This document shows, one piece after another, positions 47,486 through 59,400 of a stretch of DNA of 64,000 bases. The stretch covers positions 32,031 to 96,030 of the forward strand of contig QPMI01000667.1 in the NCBI GenBank assembly GCA_004431415.1, in the 5' to 3' direction. The stretch is from Cyanophora paradoxa CCMP329 (Eukaryota > Plantae > Glaucophyta). The position numbers and the translations under genes were made by a program. Each line of letters starts with the position of its first letter. Positions within the stretch are counted from its first letter, which is position 1. Under the pieces are notes generated by a model. That model made no database searches. It had not been told where the DNA came from and saw only the letters and a list, made by a program, of their open reading frames with translations.

Positions 47486-50400
47486 AAGGGCGAGTCATAA
47501 GCCGGAGGATAACGGGTGAAGCGATGCGGCCCGCACCAGGTCGTTCTGCACCTCGCCGCGCTCGCTGCGCAATGCATCGCGGTGAGCGAGAGCTCGAATC
47601 GAATGGAAAGAGCAACGCCGGCACGCAGGCGGCTATGCATGCGCACCTCGGCGAGGAGAGGAGAGGGAGAGGAGAGCACGAAAGCGGCTCTCCTAGGGCG
47701 CCCGGCAGCCCACGACCGCGACCGCTGATGGCAAGGGCGACGCGCTCGCTGCGCTTGGAGAGTCAATCGAAAGAAAAGAAGCGTCCGCGCCGGCGAACGA
47801 CCGCACCTCGGCCCGAGCGGCCGAAAGCATGATCTCCGAGGCGCCCGGCAGCCCGCGACCGCGACCGCGAGGGCGAGGGCGAGGGCGAAGAGCTCGCTGC
47901 GCTCGGATCGAAAGAGAAGAAATATGCGCGACAGCAAACGACCGCACCTGCGCCCGAGCGGCCGCAAGCATGAACTCCGAGGCCGATCCCAGCAGCCACC
48001 GGGCCACACGTCCGGAAAGCGGCACGCGCTGCGCTGCGCACGCCGCCGGCGTTACAACAAGATCAAAGGGCGAGCAGTGGAGACAAGAGCGAGCACCTGG
48101 CCTGCGGAAGAAGGCGCCGGGCGAACTGGGCGGTGGTGTTCTGCTCGCGGGGACCAGTCACGCCCGCTCCCTGGCCCGCCAGCGAAATGAGGGATTGAAT
48201 CAAAGGAGAGGAAACGAAAAGCACCTTGCTTCGCCTCCGCAGCCGCCGCCTACGTTCCGCGCGTGCCTGTCAGCGGCAGAACGCCCACTGGCGACAGCCG
48301 CGGGAGGAATGGACAAAAAAGGCAACAAGGAGGTCGACAGCGATGCGTTCGCGAGCGTTCGCGGCCGCAACCGGGCGCCAGCCACCCTGAAGCAGCGCTC
48401 TGCGTTTGAAATCAGGCGGGCGACAGGCGGCGAGAGGCGCCAGAGGATGCAAGAGAGGACCTTCGAGCATCGTTCGCGCTGGAAGCCGACGAAGTTCGCT
48501 GCGGCGGCAGCAAGTCCGTTCGACCTGGTTTGAAAAGCGGAATCAGAGACGCGGGCAGCGCTGCGAGACCCCGGAGGAGCCAACGAACCGAGCCGCTGTG
48601 AGAGTGAAGCGCGTCCGCGCGGCAGCCTTCAGTCGAGGCTGCAGCTGCTGGCAGCAAGGCACATGAAGGCGCTTCAAGGCAGCAAGTTTGGGGTACACGA
48701 CTGTTGGGAAAAGCCTTGTGAGGCCCACAGCGGCAGGGCCGCCGCGGCAGCCGCGCCGTAGTATAGCTTTTCGAAGCCGCCTGAAGCGATTGCCAACGGC
48801 TCGACCTGGCCCTCGGTCCGGAGCGCCTCCCGCTGCGGCACCTTCGCGCGTGCTCGCAGCACGCAGCGCGAGGCAGCTACAAGCACGTGAGCTTGTAACC
48901 ATGGGTCCAGCTCCCCCGTAGCGTCGTCCCTGCGCCGCGCCGATCCACAGCTAGATCGACCAGGCCCGCAACCCCGCGCTGGGTGACTTCGCCGTGCTGG
49001 CCGGGTTCTTTGCGTGCCTTTCAGCTCACTTACATCCGCAGTATCTCTACCAGACAGCCCCGCGGTCGATTTGGAGGGTTGAGGTGCACGCCGGCCGGCG
49101 GAGCTCTCTCACATGTTTCGGTTCATAGCGCGTCCCTCTAAGATGCTCACGCAGTGCCTCTGACTCTGGACTGGCCGGGCGCTGCGTGAGCGCGCGGACC
49201 GACGCAACCTCCCGATCGGCGGTCGCCTCGGGTGCGCCTACCAAGCACAGCATTTGGCCAGCGACGCGCGAGCGCGTAGCTGACGAGGCCCAGATCGCCA
49301 GGATGGGTGAGCCGCCTCAGATCGTCGCAGTTTGGGAGACATTCTTCTACACTGCCTAGGTGAGCCGGCTGGGCCCGTGCGCGTCGCTGACGGGACGCGT
49401 ACGCGTCGCTGACGGGGCGCGCCGGTAACACAGGATACCGGAAGACGCCGCGTGAAGCCCAGGGGCTGGGGTGCGGCGGGTGGCGACGCCGCTCGCGGGG
49501 CGGGGCGGATCCGGAGGCGCGGCAGGCGGCCGCGTGAATTCCAGGATAGGGCGGAGGCGCTTCCTGCGGCGCTGCAGCTCGCGGAGGCGGGCGGGCGGCC
49601 GGAGGCGCGGCGCGTGGCGGCGCGGCTCGCCGGGCGGGGCAGAGGCGCGGCGGGCGGCCGCACGGCTCGCCAGGCGGGCCGGGGCGCGGCGGGTGGCGTC
49701 GGCGGCTCGCCGGGCCGGGCGGAGGCGCGGCGGGCGGCCGCGAGGCTCCGCTGGGCGGGGCGGAGGCGCGGCGGGCGGCGGCGAGGCTCGCCAGGTGGGC
49801 CGGGGGCGCGGCGGGCGGCGGCGCGGCTCGCGGAGCGGGATGGATCCTCGCGGGCGGCGGCGAGGCTCGCCGGGCGGGGCAGACGCTCGGCGGGCGGCCG
49901 CGCGCCTCGCGGGCCGGGGCGGAGGCGCGGCGGGCGGCGGCGCGCCTCGCTGGGCGGGGCGGAGGCGTGGCGGGCGGCGGCGGCGGCTCGCGGGGCGGGA
50001 TGGAGGCGCAGCAAGCGGCGTCGGCGGCTCGCCGGGCGGGGCGGAGGCGCGGCAGGCGGCGGAGGCAGCTCGCCGGGCCGGGCGGAGGCGCAGCGGGCGG
50101 CCGCGAGGCTCCGCTGGGCGGGGCGGAGGCGCGGCGGGCGGCGGAGGCGGCTCGCGGGGCGGGACGGAGGCGCGGCGGGCGGCGGCGGCGGCTCGCGGAC
50201 CGGGGCAGACGCTCGGCGGGCGGCCGCGCGGCTCGCCAGGCGGGCCGGGGGCGCGGCGGGCGGCGGCGCGGCTCGCCGGGCGGGCCGGGGGCGCGGCGGG
50301 CGGCGGCGCGGCTCGCCGGGCGAGACTGTGGCGCGGCGGGCGGCCGCGAGGATTGCTGGGCGTGGCGGAGGCGCGGCGGGTCGCCGCGCGGCTCGCGGAG

Positions 50401-50980
50401 CGGGATGGATGCTCGCGGGCGGCGGCGAGGCTCGCCGGGCGGGGCAGACGCTCGGCGGGCGGCCGCGCGCCTCGCGGGCCGGGGCGGAGGCGCGGCGGGT
50501 GGCGGCGCAGCTCGCTGGGCGGGGCGGAGGCGTGGCGGGCGGCCGCACGGCTCGCCAGGCGGGCCGGGGGCGCGGCGGGTGGCGTCGGCGGCTCGCCGGG
50601 CGGGGCGGAGGCGCGGCAGGCGGCGGAGGCAGCTCGCCGGGCCGGGCGGAGGCGCAGCGGGCGGCCGCGAGGCTCCGCTGGGCGGGGCGGAGGCGCGGCG
50701 GGCGGCGTCGGCGGCTCGCCGGGCGGGGCCGAGGCGCGGCAGGCGGCGGAGGCAGCTCGCCGGGCCGGGCGGAGGCGGGGCGGGCGGCGCGCGGCTCGCT
50801 GGGCGGCCGGAGGCGCGGCGCGCTGCGGCGCGACTCGCCGGGAGGGCCAGAGGGGCGGCGGGCGGCGGTGCGCAGGCGCGGCGGCCGGCTGCGCGGCTCG
50901 CGTGGCAGGGCGGAGGCGCGGCGTGCAGCGGCACGGCCCGCCGGGCGGGGCGGAGGCGCGGCGGAGGCTCGTGGGGAAGC
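47486..50980. repeat. Left arm of the large internal inverted repeat, including a GC-rich minisatellite at ~49560-50980
   Basis: Reverse complement of 52290-55534. Near-identical ORF translations appear on opposite strands (e.g. 48200..48583- and 54469..54852+; 49047..49253- and 53800..54006+). Confidence 0.93.
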
Positions 50981-51030
50981 CTGCAGATGCTCGCTCTGTA
51001 CCGTAGTACTCTTGCGTAGATCATCGGATA

Positions 51031-52281
51031 TGCACCCCGCCCATTTCGAGGGTGGGGAATCCGAATCTGAAGTTCTCGTCAGCTCGTCCGTTCTCATATG
51101 CTCAGCGCGGCGACTTCGCACTTCTTTGCACATGATCATGATCATGAGTCTCTAGCTGCCATTAAAAGAATACTGGGTTCCTGGCACATGTAAGCACCCG
51201 GAGATGATATCAGCGCCCCACTGTGTATCTGTAGAGTATTTGACGAGAAGCTCAGGGCTCCCGGGCATTGCGGCGGGGAAGAACGACTCCCTTATAGGGT
51301 TTCTCCCGAGATCAATTTTGAGAGCCGATTCCCAGTCCGCCCGTGCCTTTCCAGCTCAGATGCCAACGGATACGAGTCATTTGATAGCGTGTTAGATAGG
51401 GCCTCAACGTGATTACCGGCTGCCGGGCTTCTATTCGCATTTCCTGGCGCGCGGGAAGGCCTCAAAATGCCCGCCAAAAATCATTGAATAATGGCGACTT
51501 GCCCTGCAAAATAATGCACGGCACGCTACGAGCTAGCTTGCGGCCTGCGCCGACCTCAAAATCAAATCCAGCACTGTCAAGAACCCCCGAAAGCGTCTCA
51601 TCGCCCGGATGTAACTTGTCAGATAAGATGCTATCCTTGGTGATTTCTGTCCTCGAGGCCTCTTCGGGGCAAGTTGACAATCTCGGAGAGCTCGCTTGAC
51701 CTGACGCCGCTCCGTCATCTGGGTCCGCGACTGACTCCACATTTGCACCCCGCCCATTTCGAGGGTGGGGAATCCGAATCTGAAGTTCTCGTCAGCTCGT
51801 CCGTTCTCATATGCTCAGCGCGGCGACTTCGCACTTCTTTGCACATGATCATGATCATGAGTCTCTAGCTGCCATTAAAAGAATACTGGGTTCCTGGCAC
51901 ATGTAAGCACCCGGAGATGATATCAGCGCCCCACTGTGTACCTGTAGAGTATTTGACGAGAAGCTCAGGGCTCCCGGGCATTGCGGCGGGGAAGAACGAC
52001 TCCCTTATAGGGTTTCTCCCGAGATCAATTTTGAGAGCCGATTCCCAGTCCGCCCGTGCCTTTCCAGCTCAGATGCCAACGGATACGAGTCATTTGATAG
52101 CGTGTTAGATAGGGCCTCAACGTGATTACCGGCTGCCGGGCTTCTATTCGCATTTCCTGGCGCGCGGGAAGGCCTCAAAATGCCCGCCAAAAATAATGGC
52201 GACTTGCCCTGCAAAATAATGCACGGCACGCTACGAGCTAGCTTGCGGCCTGCGCCGACCTCAAAATCAAATCCAGCACTG
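51031..52281. repeat. Direct duplication (~545 bp, 713-bp period) in the spacer between the inverted arms
   Basis: tgcaccccgcccatttcgag...atcaaatccagcactg occurs at 51031-51576 and 51744-52281. ORFs 51204..51395 and 51917..52108 differ by one residue. Confidence 0.92.
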
Positions 52282-52289
52282 AGAGCCTA

Positions 52290-55200
52290 GTGCCCGCCCG
52301 CCGCACCTCTGCCCGCCCGGAGAGCCGCGCCTCCGCCCCGCCCGGCGAGCCGCCGACGCCACCGGCCGCGCCCCGGCCCGCCTTGCGAGCCGTGCGGCCG
52401 CCCGCCGCGCCTCTGCCCCGCCGGCGAACCGCGCCGCCGCCCGCCGCGCCCCGGCCCGCCTGGCGAGCTGCCTCCGCCGCCTGCCGCGCCTCGGTCCCGC
52501 CCGCGAGCCACCGCCGCCGCCCGCCGCGCCTCCGCCCCGCCAGCCGAGCCTTGCGGCCGCCCGCCGCGCCTCCGCCCCGCCCAGCGGAGCCTCGCGGCCG
52601 CCCGCCGCGCCTCCGCCTGGCCCGGCGAGCTGCCTCCGCCTCCTGCCGCGCCTCCGTCACGCCTCGCGAGCCGCGCCGCCGCCCGCCGCGCCCCGGCCCA
52701 CCTGGCGAGCCTCGCCGCCGCCCGCCGCGCCACAGTCTCGCCCGGCGAGCCGCGCCGCCGCCCGCCGCGCCCCGGCCCGCCCGGCGAGCCGCGCCGCCGC
52801 CCGCCGCGCCCCCGGCCCGCCTGGCGAGCCGCGCGGCCGCCCGCCGAGCGTCTGCCCCGGTCCGCGAGCCGCCGCCGCCGCCCGCCGCGCCTCCGTCCCG
52901 CCCGCGAGCCGCCTCCGCCGCCCGCCGCGCCTCCGCCCCGCCCAGCGGAGCCTCGCGGCCGCCCCCTGCGCCTCCGCCCGGCCCGGCGAGCTGCCTCCGC
53001 CGCCTGCCGCGCCTCCGCCCCGCCCGGCGAGCCGCCGACGCCGCTTGCTGCGCCTCCATCCCGCCCGCGAGCCGCCGCCGCCGCCGCCGCGCCTCCGCCC
53101 GCCCAGCGAGGCGCGCCGCCGCCCGCCGCGCCTCCGCCCCGGCCCGCGAGGCGCGCGGCCGCCCGCCGAGCGTCTGCCCCGCCGGCGAGCCTCGCCGCCG
53201 CCCGCGAGGATCCATCCCGCTCCGCGAGCCGCGCCGCCGCCCGCCGCGCCCCCGGCCCACCTGGCGAGCCTCGCCGCCGCCCGCCGCGCCTCCGCCCCGC
53301 CCAGCGGAGCCTCGCGGCCGCCCGCCGCGCCTCCGCCCGGCCCGGCGAGCCGCCGACGCCACCCGCCGCGCCCCCGGCCGCCTGACGAGCCGTGCGGCCG
53401 CCCGCCGCGCCTCTGCCCGCCCGGCGAGCCGCGCCGCCACGCGCCGCGCCTCCGGCCGCCCGCCCGCCTCCGCGAGCTGCAGCGCCGCAGGAAGCGCCTC
53501 CGCCCTATCCTGGAATTCACGCGGCCGCCTGCCGCGCCTCCGGATCCGCCCCGCCCCGCGAGCGGCGTCGCCAACCGCCGCACCCCAGCCCATGGGCTTC
53601 ACGCGGCGTTTTCCGGTATCCTGTGTTACCGGCGCGCCCCGTCAGCGACGCGTACGCGTCCGTCAGCGACGCGAACGGGCCCAGCCGGCTCACCCAGGCA
53701 GTGTAGAAGAATGTCTCCCAAACTGCGACGATCCGAGGCGGCTCACCCATCCTGGCGATCTGGGCCTCGTCAGCTACGCGCTCGCGCGTCGCTGGCCAAA
53801 TGCTGTGCTTGGCAGGCGCACCCGAGGCGACCGCCGATCGGGAGGTTGCGTCGGTCCGCGCGCTCACGCAGCGCCCGGCCAGTCCAGAGTCAGAGGCACT
53901 GCGTGAGCATCTTAGAGGGACGCGCTATGAACCGAAACATGTGAGAGAGCTCCGCCGGCCGGCGTGCACCTCAACCCTCCAAATCGACCGCGGGGCTGTC
54001 TGGTAGAGATACTGCGGATGTAAGTGAGCTGAAAGGCACGCAAAGAACCCGGCCAGCACGGCGAAGTCACCCAGCGCGGGGTTGCGGGCCTGGTCGATCT
54101 AGCTGTGGATCGGCGCGGCGCAGGGACGACGCTACGGGGGAGCTGGACCCATGGTTACAAGCTCACGTGCTTGTAGCTGCCTCGCGCTGCGTGCTGCGAG
54201 CACGCGCGAAGGTGCCGCAGCGGGAGGCGCTCCGGACCGAGGGCCAGGTCGAGCCGTTGGCAATCGCTTCAGGCGGCTTCGAAAAGCTATACTACGGCGC
54301 GGCTGCCGCGGCGGCCCTGCCGCTGTGGGCCTCACAAGGCTTTCCCAACAGTCGTGTACCCCAAACTTGCTGCCTTGAAGCGCCTTCATGTGCCTTGCTG
54401 CCAGCAGCTGCAGCCTCGACTGAAGGCTGCCGCGCGGACGCGCTTCACTCTCACAGCGGCTCGGTTCGTTGGCTCCTCCGGGGTCTCGCAGCGCTGCCCG
54501 CGTCTCTGATTCCGCTTTTCAAACCAGGTCGAACGGACTTGCTGCCGCCGCAGCGAACTTCGTCGGCTTCCAGCGCGAACGATGCTCGAAGGTCCTCTCT
54601 TGCATCCTCTGGCGCCTCTCGCCGCCTGTCGCCCGCCTGATTTCAAACGCAGAGCGCTGCTTCAGGGTGGCTGGCGCCCGGTTGCGGCCGCGAACGCTCG
54701 CGAACGCATCGCTGTCGACCTCCTTGTTGCCTTTTTTGTCCATTCCTCCCGCGGCTGTCGCCAGTGGGCGTTCTGCCGCTGACAGGCACGCGCGGAACGT
54801 AGGCGGCGGCTGCGGAGGCGAAGCAAGGTGCTTTTCGTTTCCTCTCCTTTGATTCAATCCCTCATTTCGCTGGCGGGCCAGGGAGCGGGCGTGACTGGTC
54901 CCCGCGAGCAGAACACCACCGCCCAGTTCGCCCGGCGCCTTCTTCCGCAGGCCAGGTGCTCGCTCTTGTCTCCACTGCTCGCCCTTTGATCTTGTTGTAA
55001 CGCCGGCGGCGTGCGCAGCGCAGTGCGTGCCGCTTTCCGGACGTGTGGCCCGTGGCTGCTGGGATCGGCCTCGGAGTTCATGCTTGCGGCCGCTCGGGCG
55101 CAGGTGCGGTCGTTTGCTGTCGCGCATATTTCTTCTCTTTCGATCCGAGCGCAGCGAGCTCTTCGCCCTCGCCCTCGCCCTCGCGGTCGCGGTCGCGGCT

Positions 55201-55534
55201 GCCGGGCGCCTCGGAGATCATGCTTTCGGCCGCTCGGGCCGAGGTGCGGTCGTTCGCCGGCGCGGATGCTTCTTTTCTTTCGATTGACTCTCCAAGCGCA
55301 GCGAGCGCGTCGCTCTCGCCATCAGCGGACGCGGAGCGATCGCAAGCTGATCTTCTGCCTCCTCTCCTCGCCGAGGTGCATAGCCGCCTGCTTGCCGGCC
55401 TTTTCCTCTTTCCATTCGATTTAAGCTCTCGCTCACCGCGATGCGCATGGCGCAGCGAGGGCGGCGAGGTGCAGAACGACCTGGTGCGGGCCGCATCGCT
55501 TCACCCGTTATCCTCCAGCTTCTGACTCGCCCTT
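52290..55534. repeat. Right arm of the large internal inverted repeat, including a GC-rich minisatellite at ~52290-53500
   Basis: Reverse complement of 47486-50980, with small indels and different minisatellite copy order. Confidence 0.93.
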
Positions 55535-56059
55535 TGTTGCCTAGCAACTAGGGACGAACGACTAATTGAAGCCGCGCGCGAGCGGACGGCGTCGGGCTGG
55601 AGTGCGTGCGGCTGCATCCGGGGCCAGGGTAGGGTTTATATTTGCAGGACTAGGCAGGGCTAGGCGGCAGCCTAGGCCAGAGTAGGGATCATATTTGCGA
55701 TGTGACAGCATGTATGCATAGGTGTGTGCATGCAGATCATGAATTAGGCGGCCCGCACGATATGTGAAAATAGGTGGCCTGCAGATCAACTAATTTATAT
55801 AGATGCAAAAAGCCAATGCCAGATGTACATGTGTTCTGGCCCGCCTATAGCTAGTCATGGGCCGTCAGGGCCTATATATATATAGTGTAGCTGACCTAGG
55901 CCTGTGCATGCGACCTGCAGCTGGATCCCCGGAGATCCTCCACTAGTACTGGCTCAATATTTATACAAGATAATATACAAATCAATAATCTTAATATGAA
56001 GAATATTAATCAATTTATCGACAAACCTGGCGATATATCAATATATATTAATATATCAA

Positions 56060-56404
56060 GTATCGACAGATTTTGTCGACCGATTCTGTCGCAGAGTCTG
56101 TCGATAAAATTCGACAGAATCGGTCGACCGATTCTGGCGCAGAATCAGTCGATCGACAGAGTTGGTCGATCGACTGATTTTGTCGACCGATTCTGTCGCA
56201 GAGTCAGTCGATAAAATTCGACAGAATCGGTCGACCGATTCTGGCGCAGAATCAGTCGATCGACAGAGTTGGTCGATCGACTGATTTTGTCGACCGATTC
56301 TGTCGCAGAGTCAGTCGATAAAATTCGACAGAATCGGTCGACCGATTCTGGCGCAGAATCAGTCGATCGACTGATTCTGTCGATCGACTGATTCTGTCGA
56401 CCAA
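56060..56404. repeat. Right subterminal tandem array, 107-bp period
   Basis: gtcgataaaattcgac recurs at 56100, 56207 and 56314. Confidence 0.92.
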
Positions 56405-56430
56405 GTATTGCAATACTCCAAAAGTGCAGA

Positions 56431-59400
56431 TATATGTGTCGTGTTCAACGAATTCGGACATTGTGTCGGATTCTGTATACTTGAACGAGTACCAACTGTG
56501 GACGACTCCCGACTTCATTTGGCCAGAGCCCAAGAATAAATGTGCGTATGTTTATGGCGTTGATCATCGCTTTTATCCTGATTTATATCAGGTGTTCTGA
56601 GAATTGGCAAGACACCCGATCGCCGCGATGATGCTGTGAATGTGGTGTTGATTGTATCAGACACTGTTTGTCGATATTTGCTGAAATCTCATCAAAAAGG
56701 TGAAATTCTTTAGATAATTGTTCGTATCTTGCTATACATGGGGTTTGACGTCATTTGTAGATATCCTGGAATTGGCCTACACTCCTGAACTTGACCCAAA
56801 ATTCAATCCATATCCTGTGTCCCACAGATGTGGATTCTTTGATGATCTGGTTACGAAATGGTGGAAGTTGAACAAGAATCCACAGTCAGATGACGACAAG
56901 AAGCCTCATGCAATCAAGAAGTGGGAAGAAGCACGGGACAGCTTATTTCGTGCAATTGTCAATCGCGAGAGAGACTGTGAAGAGAAAGCTGGTCGTCCTC
57001 GTTCTGTTGAATTCTCATATGATTTTTGCATCGATGACATCTTTGAAGATTTAACCATATACTCTCCATTGGGTACACTTAATTTTAGTAGTACGCTCGA
57101 ACAATACAAGATTTGATTTTTATGTCTTCCATGTGCAGCCCGGGCTTTATTCGGGTGGCGTCGTCCTGTGATGTTGACATGTGCAACGGAGACATGCCTT
57201 TTCCAGGTGCATCGAAAATGATGTTGTAATGATTTTCTTCTTTGCTGCTAATTTTTACCTGTTTTGAAGAGTCAACATCATGATGGAATTGCCATATCAT
57301 GTGTTGATCTACGAATGGAGCAAGCGTATGTTCATCAAGAAGGCGAATCTCTGTTGTGGGATATGAACCTTGAAGCACATGATAATTTTTCATCACAATT
57401 AAACATGGTGCATGTTTTGCTGTTTTCGGTTCGTATTGAAATGAAATGCCATCAGATGAAGGGCTTCGCTTGTCGGGTGTGTTCTGGAGAATCAAAAATA
57501 GAGTGGTTAAATACAGCTGGTCCCCTTCCTCCAGCTGTTGCGATTCGATTGGACTGCCGCACATGTGGATTTCAGCTAATGGAACTTCCTCGAAGACTCA
57601 TGGTTAGAACAAGTTGTATATACTGTTCTATATTCGTGCTTATATTTTGGCGCAGTTAATGGAAGATATCTTTGGAGCGATAAACGGGACATTGAGTACA
57701 ATCTTACAAATGCCATTTGTAATTTCCCGGAACATAGAGATTCGTACAGTGTCTTGTGCATAGGTTCTTGGTTGACGACTCCTGGTGTGTGGGTCTACGA
57801 TGATGTGCACTACAAGGGGAATCTGGTGTACTGTGGTGTCAATTTGGATGCAGTTGCTCTGGATTCTATTGATGGTTTCGACCTTCAACATGTCGAGTAC
57901 CTTGTCTTCACCCGAACCACCACTGAATACGACCATTGTTCAGGCAATTTGTCGAAATTGCCCAGAATCTTGGTCACACATGTTTCGTCCAAGTCGGTGC
58001 GATTGTTTTGTGAAGTTGCATCCTATTTGCTCAAACAATTGTGCACAGAGCTCTGAGGACGAACGGGAACCGGAGTGTGCACCAGACATTGCAGATCCAA
58101 CTCTAAGTCAGGTGGATCGCAAAGCTGCGAATACCATACAATGATGTGATATTCACGCTCGGGCAGAGCGCGAATGGCGATGAGGAGGAGGCACGCTACC
58201 CAGAAGATGACGTCAAAGATGATGTCGAGACTCGCATGCAGGTGGAGAACGTGATTCGAGAGGAAGACGCACATCGGCCCCAAGAATCGCTAGAGGAAGC
58301 AGGCCGTGTGGACGAGAGCAGTCGGCAGCAGCCCCTGTCGCAGGAGCAGGTGCGACGTGTTCAATAGTTTTCTGGGGGTGGAGCCGGGAAAATAGGGTGG
58401 TGATGGGGGAGAGGGGACATGGCTGCAGTGGTTTGTTTGACTTTTGACGCAGGAAGCGCCTGTGAACCGCAAGATTGAAGACTCTGGTGCTGTGGATGAG
58501 CTGGGGCAGGTGGCAGAGAGTTCAGGTCATTCACGCGTCGCTTCTGTCGGCCCTTCTGATGTGAACCATCTTGCCCAAGACCCGTTGTCGCCAGAGTGTG
58601 TGAACGAAGAAGAAACATATTTGAATGCTGGTATGTGTGATCGTCATCTTTAATTTGTTCTCCATACATCATGCTTACTCATTACAGATCTTGTCCTAGA
58701 CAATGGAAGAAAGATAATGCACCTTTCTTCAGTCATGTCATCGCTAGAACAAGAGAGTATGCACTATTTCAACTATCCAGAATTCTCGTTCTACTGTGTC
58801 AAGATGCAGAAATGCTTGGCCTACCTCCAGAAAGCACGTTCAGCACGGTTGAACAGCATGGGTTCTGATCTTCATTCAGAAGTGGATGCGACAGCTACTT
58901 TGTTTGCAGATGCTCTCGCCAAGGAGCTGGAGTTCAGCATCCCATCAATGATGGGCACTGTTGCTTCCTTTTACAGCCAGAATGAAGTCGATGCTGCTAT
59001 ACTCGAAGCCGAGTGTGTGAACAAGCGTATGGCAAAATGTGTGGAGCTTACTGCTGTGATGTACGAACTGGACCAGGCAATGGCCGAAGTGAAGAAATCG
59101 AGCTTCAGTGCATTTGCCACCTCAACAACGGTGTTCAACCAGTTGCAAACAAGGGACTACGTTGTGGCAGCACATATGGTGGTCGACAGCAGAAAGCTGG
59201 GCATGGAGTCATTGCGTCGAGCTCAACAGGTTTTGCAACAATGCCACCGTGTGGTGACAGAGCTCTCTACTTTCCCTGCCATCCCGTTGTTATCAACTGT
59301 GATAAGCACCCACAAGTCATATTTTGCAACAGTCGAAAAGAATGTACAGAATTTCGTCAGTCAAGCTCAATTTTGGTGGGCGAAGGTCAGTGGAGCAGTT

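Larger units (their letters stand above)
46679..56430. mobile_element. ~9.75-kb foldback-type, non-autonomous TIR element flanked by TATA
   Basis: Left TATA|TCTGCACTTTTGGAGTATTGCAATAC (46675-46704) is the exact reverse complement of GTATTGCAATACTCCAAAAGTGCAGA|TATA (56405-56434). Subterminal arrays at both ends; no transposase ORF seen. Confidence 0.85.

Noticed and set aside
51031-52281. Spacer ORF fragments as the element's transposase
   Set aside because: Short, stop-interrupted, and no DDE or DNA-binding motif recognisable.
49147-53944. Long Pro/Arg/Ala-rich ORFs (450-635 aa) on both strands
   Set aside because: They are open in several frames because the GC-rich minisatellite lacks stop codons; no domain signal.
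57455-57900. Possible USP (C19) deubiquitinase domain (CxxC pairs, WVYDD)
   Set aside because: No Cys-box or GHY His-box found; the resemblance is too weak without a profile search.
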